From an uncultured Acidobacteriota bacterium (GTDB lineage Bacteria > Acidobacteriota > Terriglobia > Acidiferrales > UBA7541): 64,000 nt of DNA. A program made the position numbers and the translations under genes. Below the pieces are notes generated by a model. The model was not told where the DNA came from. It saw only the letters and a program-made list of their open reading frames with translations, and did no database searches. The stretch's first letter is position 1. Each line of letters starts with the position of its first letter. Of the stretch, positions 58,436-64,000 are shown piece after piece. Location: assembly GCA_963740695.1 (NCBI GenBank), contig CAVUFU010000011.1:91986-155985 (forward strand), written 5' to 3'.

Positions 58436-61400
58436 TCGGCCGGCTCCTCAGTTGCAGGTCCCAAGGCGTGGTGGTGCGTGCGAGCCCAGCGAACGCGCAA
58501 ACGATCCAGGGAGAGATAGACCACCGGAGTGGTGTAAAGCGTCAGAACCTGGCTGACGATCAACCCGCCGATGATAGTAATGCCGAGCGGTCGGCGCAAT
58601 TCCCAGCCCGTACCGGTTCCCAGAGCGAGCGGCAAGGCCCCGAACATGGCAGCCATGGTGGTCATCAAGATCGGCCGGAAACGCAGCAGGCACGCCTGAT
58701 AAATCGCTTCTTCGGAACTTTTATTTTCCAGGCGCTCGGCCGCCAGCGCAAAATCGATCATCATAATGGCGTTTTTCTTCACGATGCCGATCAGCAGGAT
58801 CACGCCGATCAGCGCAATGACACTGAGATCCACATGGAACAATAAGAGCGCGAGCACCGCGCCGACTCCAGCGGAAGGAAGCGTGGACAAAATCGTGATC
58901 GGATGAATGTAGCTTTCATAAAGTACGCCGAGAACGATGTAAACCGCCATCAGCGCGGTGATGATCAAAAACGGCTGAGTCGCGAGAGAGTCCTGAAAGG
59001 CCTGCAATGTTCCCGAGAACATTCCGTGAATCGTCGACGGCACGCCCATTTGCTGTTCCATGCGGCTGATGGCTGCAGCAGCATCGCTCAGCGCGATATT
59101 GGGCGCCAGATTGAAGGACACCGTGACCGAGGGAAACTGACCTTGGTGATTGATCGCAAGCGCCGCAATTTTGGGCGCGTAGTGCGCGACGGCGCTTAGC
59201 GGGACTTCCTTTCCAACCGACGGGCGGATGTAAATATCGTCCAAGGAAGTGGGGTCCTGCCAGAACTGCGGCGCGACCTCCATCACCACGTGATACTGGT
59301 TCAAAGTCGTGTACATCGTGGATACCTGCGCCTGGCCAAACGCTTCGTACAACGTGTTATCAATCATTTTCGGCGTAATGCCCAGGCGTGCCGCGGTGTC
59401 GCGATCGTAAACAAGCTCGGCTTGCAGGCCGCTATTCTGCTGATCGGTATTGACGTCGGTCAGAATGCGCTCTTTTTTCATCGCGCTCAGCAGGCGCGGG
59501 CCCCAGGTCACCAGGTCATCGATGCTGTCGCTCTGAATCGTGTACTGGTACTGCGCGTTGGTGTGGTGGCCTCCAATGCGCAAGTCCTGTCCGGCTTGGA
59601 GGAAAACCGTCGCGCCGGGAATGGAAATCAGTTTGGGCCGCAAGCGATCAATCACCTGGCTGGAACTGATCTTGCGTTCTTCGAGAGGCTTCAGTGCCAG
59701 ATAGATGAATGCGGTATTGACCGCGCCGCCGCCGCCGGTGAAGGCTCCAACGTTTTCTACGGCAGGGTCGGCCTTGATGATGTCAACGAAGCGCAGAGTA
59801 AGCGTCTGCATGGCCTGGAAGGAAAGGTCCTGGGCGCCTTGTACGCCGCCGAAAGCAGTGCCGTTGTCCTGCAGCGGGAAAAATCCCTTGGGGACGATCC
59901 AGAAAAGAAAAACATTCAATATGATGGTTACCAGCAGGACGAAGAGCGTCACGGTGGAATGTTCCAGCACCCATTTCAGAGTACGCTCGTAAAAACCCAG
60001 CATGCTGGAAAAAACCTTTTCACTGGCGCGAAACACCGGGCCGTGTTTTTCCTCATGAGGGTTCTTAAGCAGCCGCGAGCACATCATGGGCGTGGTGGTC
60101 AAAGAGATGGCCAGCGAAACTACGATCGCCACCGACAAGGTGACAGCGAATTCGCGGAACAAGCGGCCGATGATCCCACCCATCAAGAGAATGGGAATGA
60201 ATACCGCAATGAGCGACAAGCTGATCGAGAGGACCGTGAATCCGATTTCCTCCGCGCCTTTCAAGGCGGACTCCATCGGGCTCATGCCCTGCTCCAAATA
60301 CCGCGAAATGTTTTCGATTACCACGATGGCGTCGTCCACCACGAAACCGGTGGCAATCGTGAGCGCCATCAAAGATAGATTGTCGATGCTGTAGTTGCAC
60401 AGGTACATCACGCCAAAGGTGCCGATTAGGGAGACGGGAACGGCCACGCTGGGAATCAAAGTAGCGCGCGCATTGCGGAGAAAGAGAAAAACAACCAGAA
60501 TCACCAGCCCGACGGAGACGGCGAGAGTTCTTTCGACTTCGTCCACGGAGGCCCGGATCGTCAAGGTGCGATCCAACACAATCGTCCAGTCCATGGCGGC
60601 CGGGATGGAGGCCTTCAGCGCCGGAATCGCCGCCCGGATGCGGTCTACCGTGTCAATGATGTTGGCCCCGGGTTGCCGGAAGATGATCAGCAGCACGCAG
60701 GGCTTACCATTGAGGTATCCAGCGGCGCGAATATTTTCTACCGCATCTTCGACGTCGGCGACGTCCGAAAGTTTAATCGCCGCGCCTTTGTGGTAGCCGA
60801 TGATCAAGTCCTTGTAGTATTTGGCTTTCAGAAGCTGGTCGTTGGCGACGATATCGGCCGTCGTGTTTCCGTCGGTGATTTGCCCCTTCGCCAGATTCGC
60901 GTTTTGAGTGCTCAGCATGGCGTTAACGTCTTGCAAGCCGAGCCCATAGCCATTCAATTGAGTCGGATTCAGTTCCACGCGCACGGCTGGCAGTGAGCTT
61001 CCGCCGACGGTTACCTGCCCAACCCCCTCGATCTGCGAGAGCCGCTGCTCAACGACCGTGGATGCTGAGTCGTACATTGCGCCGCGGTCGTAAACTTTCG
61101 AGGTCAATCCCAAAATCATGATCGGGGCGTCCGCGGGATTCACCTTGCGGTAGGTAGGATTAGAAGGCAGGTTTGCCGGCAGATAGCTCCGCGCGGCGTT
61201 GATCGCGGCTTCCACATCGCGGGCGGCGCCGTCAATATTCCGATTCAAATCGAACTGCAGCGTGATGCTGGTAGTACCGAGAAAGCTGGAAGACGTCATT
61301 TCGTTGACGCCAGCGATGCGCCCGAATTGCCGCTCCAGCGGCGTCGCCACCGACGAAGCCATGATTTCCGGGCTGGCTCCGGGCAGGCTGGCGCCCACGG

Positions 61401-61536
61401 AAATCGTCGGAAAATCAATTTGCGGCAGCGGAGAAACAGGAAGTACCTGGAACGCCACGGCTCCCGCGAGCGCAATTGCCACGGTGAGAAGCGTAGTCGC
61501 GACCGGCCGGTGAATGAATGGGGCGGAAATATTCAT
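58432..61536 (-). CDS. RND multidrug efflux permease (MdtC-like, AcrB family).
   Basis: 1034 aa with 12-TM RND architecture. N-terminus FIHRPVATTLLTVAIALAG and the conserved VVDDAIVVIENI. Confidence 0.92.
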   Translation of the reverse strand: MNISAPFIHRPVATTLLTVAIALAGAVAFQVLPVSPLPQIDFPTISVGASLPGASPEIMASSVATPLERQFGRIAGVNEMTSSSFLGTTSITLQFDLNRNIDGAARDVEAAINAARSYLPANLPSNPTYRKVNPADAPIMILGLTSKVYDRGAMYDSASTVVEQRLSQIEGVGQVTVGGSSLPAVRVELNPTQLNGYGLGLQDVNAMLSTQNANLAKGQITDGNTTADIVANDQLLKAKYYKDLIIGYHKGAAIKLSDVADVEDAVENIRAAGYLNGKPCVLLIIFRQPGANIIDTVDRIRAAIPALKASIPAAMDWTIVLDRTLTIRASVDEVERTLAVSVGLVILVVFLFLRNARATLIPSVAVPVSLIGTFGVMYLCNYSIDNLSLMALTIATGFVVDDAIVVIENISRYLEQGMSPMESALKGAEEIGFTVLSISLSLIAVFIPILLMGGIIGRLFREFAVTLSVAIVVSLAISLTTTPMMCSRLLKNPHEEKHGPVFRASEKVFSSMLGFYERTLKWVLEHSTVTLFVLLVTIILNVFLFWIVPKGFFPLQDNGTAFGGVQGAQDLSFQAMQTLTLRFVDIIKADPAVENVGAFTGGGGAVNTAFIYLALKPLEERKISSSQVIDRLRPKLISIPGATVFLQAGQDLRIGGHHTNAQYQYTIQSDSIDDLVTWGPRLLSAMKKERILTDVNTDQQNSGLQAELVYDRDTAARLGITPKMIDNTLYEAFGQAQVSTMYTTLNQYHVVMEVAPQFWQDPTSLDDIYIRPSVGKEVPLSAVAHYAPKIAALAINHQGQFPSVTVSFNLAPNIALSDAAAAISRMEQQMGVPSTIHGMFSGTLQAFQDSLATQPFLIITALMAVYIVLGVLYESYIHPITILSTLPSAGVGAVLALLLFHVDLSVIALIGVILLIGIVKKNAIMMIDFALAAERLENKSSEEAIYQACLLRFRPILMTTMAAMFGALPLALGTGTGWELRRPLGITIIGGLIVSQVLTLYTTPVVYLSLDRLRVRWARTHHHALGPATEEPAD

Positions 61537-61538
61537 GG

Positions 61539-64000
61539 CTAATCCGCGGGTACTGACTCCGCGCTTCCGTGGCCCGCGCGATATGCCGACAATCGCTTGG
61601 CCAGGTCATCAAAGAAAATGTAGATCACCGGCGTGGTGTAGAGCGTAAGCACCTGGCTCAGGAGCAGGCCGCCCACCATCGCGATGCCCAATGGCCGGCG
61701 CAATTCCGAACCGATCCCCGTACCGAGGGCCAAAGGTAAACCGCCCAGCAGCGCGGCCATGGTGGTCATCATGATGGGACGAAAGCGCAGCAGGCAGGCC
61801 TCGTAGATAGCATCCTCGGAATTCATGCCGTGTTTGCGCTCGGCTTCCAGAGCGAAGTCAATCATCATGATTCCGTTTTTCTTTACGATGCCGATCAACA
61901 AAATGATTCCAATGAGCGCCACCACGCTCAATTCCTGGCCGAAGATCAGCAGCGCCAGAATCGCTCCCACGCCTGCGGACGGCAGCGTAGAGAGAATCGT
62001 GATGGGATGGATGTAACTCTCATAAAGAACGCCGAGCACGATGTAAACGGTGATCAGCGCCGCCAAAATCAAAAGCGGCTCGTTGCTCAGCGAAGCCTGA
62101 AACGAGGCCGCCGTGCCCTGAAACGCAGCTTGTACGCCCAGGGGCATCCCGATTTCCTGCTGCGCCTTGTCAATTGCCTTCGTGGCTTGGCCCAGCGACG
62201 CGTCCGGAGCGAGATTAAAAGAAATAGTGACCACCGGGAATTGCCCCTGGTGATTCACCGAAAGTGGCGCGGTTTTTGTTTCGAAATGAGTGAACGCACT
62301 GAGCGGCACCGCTGCTCCATTCGGCGTAGAGACAGCCGAAGGCGTCGCCGAACCGCTACCCGCAGTGGAGCTCGATGAACTTGCTCTGGGAGAACTGCTG
62401 GAGGAAGAGCCGCCGGAAGCGGTATTCGCTGTGACGATGGTACTGGTGGGAGAGGTGGTGAGCGACGAGGAAGCCAGCGCCGACCGCACATAAATATCGT
62501 GCAACTTCGTAGGACTCTTCTGGAATTCCGGCATCGTTTCCAGAATCAGGTGATACTGATTCAACTGGGTATAAAGCGTGGAAACTTGCCGTTGGCCAAA
62601 ACCGTCATAAAGTGTTTGATCAATCGCGGAAGGCGTGATCCCCATGCGGGAAGCCGTCACGCGGTCAATCACCAACGATTCCGCGAGCCCGCCATTCTGT
62701 TGGTCCGTCGCCACATCGCGCAGCTCGGGAATTGCTTTCAACTTGGCGATCAACTTGGCGGTCCATTCGTTCAGCTCGTTCAAATCGGGATCTTCCAGCG
62801 TGTATTGATATTGCGTGCGGCTGACGCGATCCTCCACCGTCAAATCCTGCACCGGCTGCATATACAATGTAATGCTGTCCACTTTCTCGAGTTCCGGCTG
62901 CAGCCGGCGAATCACATCGGAAGCGTTGATACCCCGGTCGGCGAGCGGCTTCAGGTTGATTAGAATCCTTCCGCTATTGAGCGTCGTATTCGTGCCGTCA
63001 ACTCCGATAAAGGATGAGAGGCTCTCGACCGCGGGGTCTTTCAGGATGATCGCGCTGAGTTCCTGCTGCTTCTGAGCCATCAATGGAAACGAAATTGTCT
63101 CCCCGGCTTCCGAAATGCCCTGGATGATGCCGGTATCCTGGACGGGGAAGAACCCCTTGGGCACGATGATGTAGAGGATGATCGTCAAGACCAACGTCGC
63201 CACTGCCACGATTAGCGTTGCTACCTGATGCTTTAGAACCCACTTCAGCGTGCGCGCGTAATAATCAATGATCCATTGAAAGCCGCGTTCCGATAACTGA
63301 TAGAAACGGCCTTGCTGGGCGGCTGGGTCGTGTTTCAGCAGGCGCGCGCACATCATCGGCGTCAGCGTAAGAGAGACAACAGCGGAAACCAGAATCGTCA
63401 CGCTGAGGGTGATCGCAAATTCGCGGAAGAGCCGTCCGACGATATCGCCCATGAACAGCAAAGGAATCAAGACCGCGATCAACGAAATCGTCAGCGAGAC
63501 GATCGTAAATCCGATCTGTTCCGAGCCCAGCAGGGCCGCGCGCAGCGGTTGATCGCCTTCCTCGATATAGCGGGCGATGTTCTCGATCATCACGATGGCG
63601 TCGTCCACCACGAAGCCCGTGGAAATTGTCAGCGCCATCAAAGTTAAATTGTTGAGGCTGTATCCCGCCAGATACATCACTCCGAAAGTGCCGACCAGTG
63701 ACAGGGGAACCGCAACGCTGGGAATGATCGTGGCACGAATATTCCGCAGGAATAAGAAGATCACCATCACCACCAGCGCCACGGTCAGCATCAATTCGAA
63801 TTCCACATCTTTCACCGAAGCGCGAATCGTGACAGTCCGGTCCGTAAGAACGGTCACCTGTACCGCAGCGGGCAAACTGGTTTGCAGCAAGGGCAAAAGA
63901 GCCTTGACGCGGTCCACCACCTGAATGATGTTCGCGCCCGGTTGCCGCTGGATATTGACGATCACCGCGGGGGTCATATTCATCCACGCGGCTTGCTTCA
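61539..64000 (-). CDS. RND multidrug efflux permease (MdtB-like), 5' end beyond the right edge.
   Basis: The frame stays open to position 64000 (…[25 protein letters not shown]). It carries [12 protein letters not shown] and a Ser-rich insert (see findings). Its stop lies 2 nt before the next RND gene. Confidence 0.9.
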   Translation of the reverse strand, partial: KQAAWMNMTPAVIVNIQRQPGANIIQVVDRVKALLPLLQTSLPAAVQVTVLTDRTVTIRASVKDVEFELMLTVALVVMVIFLFLRNIRATIIPSVAVPLSLVGTFGVMYLAGYSLNNLTLMALTISTGFVVDDAIVMIENIARYIEEGDQPLRAALLGSEQIGFTIVSLTISLIAVLIPLLFMGDIVGRLFREFAITLSVTILVSAVVSLTLTPMMCARLLKHDPAAQQGRFYQLSERGFQWIIDYYARTLKWVLKHQVATLIVAVATLVLTIILYIIVPKGFFPVQDTGIIQGISEAGETISFPLMAQKQQELSAIILKDPAVESLSSFIGVDGTNTTLNSGRILINLKPLADRGINASDVIRRLQPELEKVDSITLYMQPVQDLTVEDRVSRTQYQYTLEDPDLNELNEWTAKLIAKLKAIPELRDVATDQQNGGLAESLVIDRVTASRMGITPSAIDQTLYDGFGQRQVSTLYTQLNQYHLILETMPEFQKSPTKLHDIYVRSALASSSLTTSPTSTIVTANTASGGSSSSSSPRASSSSSTAGSGSATPSAVSTPNGAAVPLSAFTHFETKTAPLSVNHQGQFPVVTISFNLAPDASLGQATKAIDKAQQEIGMPLGVQAAFQGTAASFQASLSNEPLLILAALITVYIVLGVLYESYIHPITILSTLPSAGVGAILALLIFGQELSVVALIGIILLIGIVKKNGIMMIDFALEAERKHGMNSEDAIYEACLLRFRPIMMTTMAALLGGLPLALGTGIGSELRRPLGIAMVGGLLLSQVLTLYTTPVIYIFFDDLAKRLSAYRAGHGSAESVPAD

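Noticed and set aside
57587-60378. Plus-strand ORFs 57587..58408 and 59290..60378.
   Set aside because: They are antisense to the OMF and RND pump genes.

Overview
This is a high-GC bacterial chromosomal segment. The gene content suggests Acidobacteriota, but that is inference only: a CarboxypepD_reg-type TonB-dependent receptor, hpnH, and many secreted glycan-active enzymes. I support about 50 protein genes. I saw no rRNA, tRNA, CRISPR array or IS/transposase.

Order of blocks:
- A partial sensor kinase and a frameshifted Clp-like AAA+ gene.
- A compact Pho regulon: phoB-phoR-phoU-pstSCAB-phoU, with Pho-box-like 11-bp repeats.
- A STAS protein, a TonB-dependent receptor, and a MocR regulator divergent from a cupin/DoxX pair.
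- A three-gene module of membrane-fusion-protein (MFP/HlyD-type) fusions: a triple-GAF-MFP, a lipoprotein MFP, and a PqqD-like + M50 site-2-protease + MFP.
- An about 1.1-kb apparently non-coding gap (see stand-out region below).
- Two translationally coupled SET-domain methyltransferase genes and an NtrC-type sigma54 activator with a degenerate receiver.
- An ICMT-family methyltransferase, then a Gly/Tyr/His-rich secreted protein next to a TAT-exported tyrosinase.
- Housekeeping and accessory genes: mbfA-like, ADH, MOSC, hpnH, trxC-like, SDR.
- A PNGase-A-like protein, aguBA, a GT4-GT2 fusion and a GH38 mannosidase.
- A complete eukaryote-type kynurenine pathway cluster, including an ACMSD-TDO fusion.
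- An MdtB/MdtC/OMF RND efflux operon running off the right edge.

The stand-out region is 24.9-28.5 kb. By hand translation, the apparent gap holds three paralogous Lys-rich micropeptide mini-genes. Two of them sit behind near-identical cassettes of palindromic enhancer plus sigma54 promoter. They lie between the SET genes plus activator on one side and the RRE-M50-MFP module on the other. I propose this as a candidate undescribed regulated peptide modification/processing system. All functional links in it are inference.
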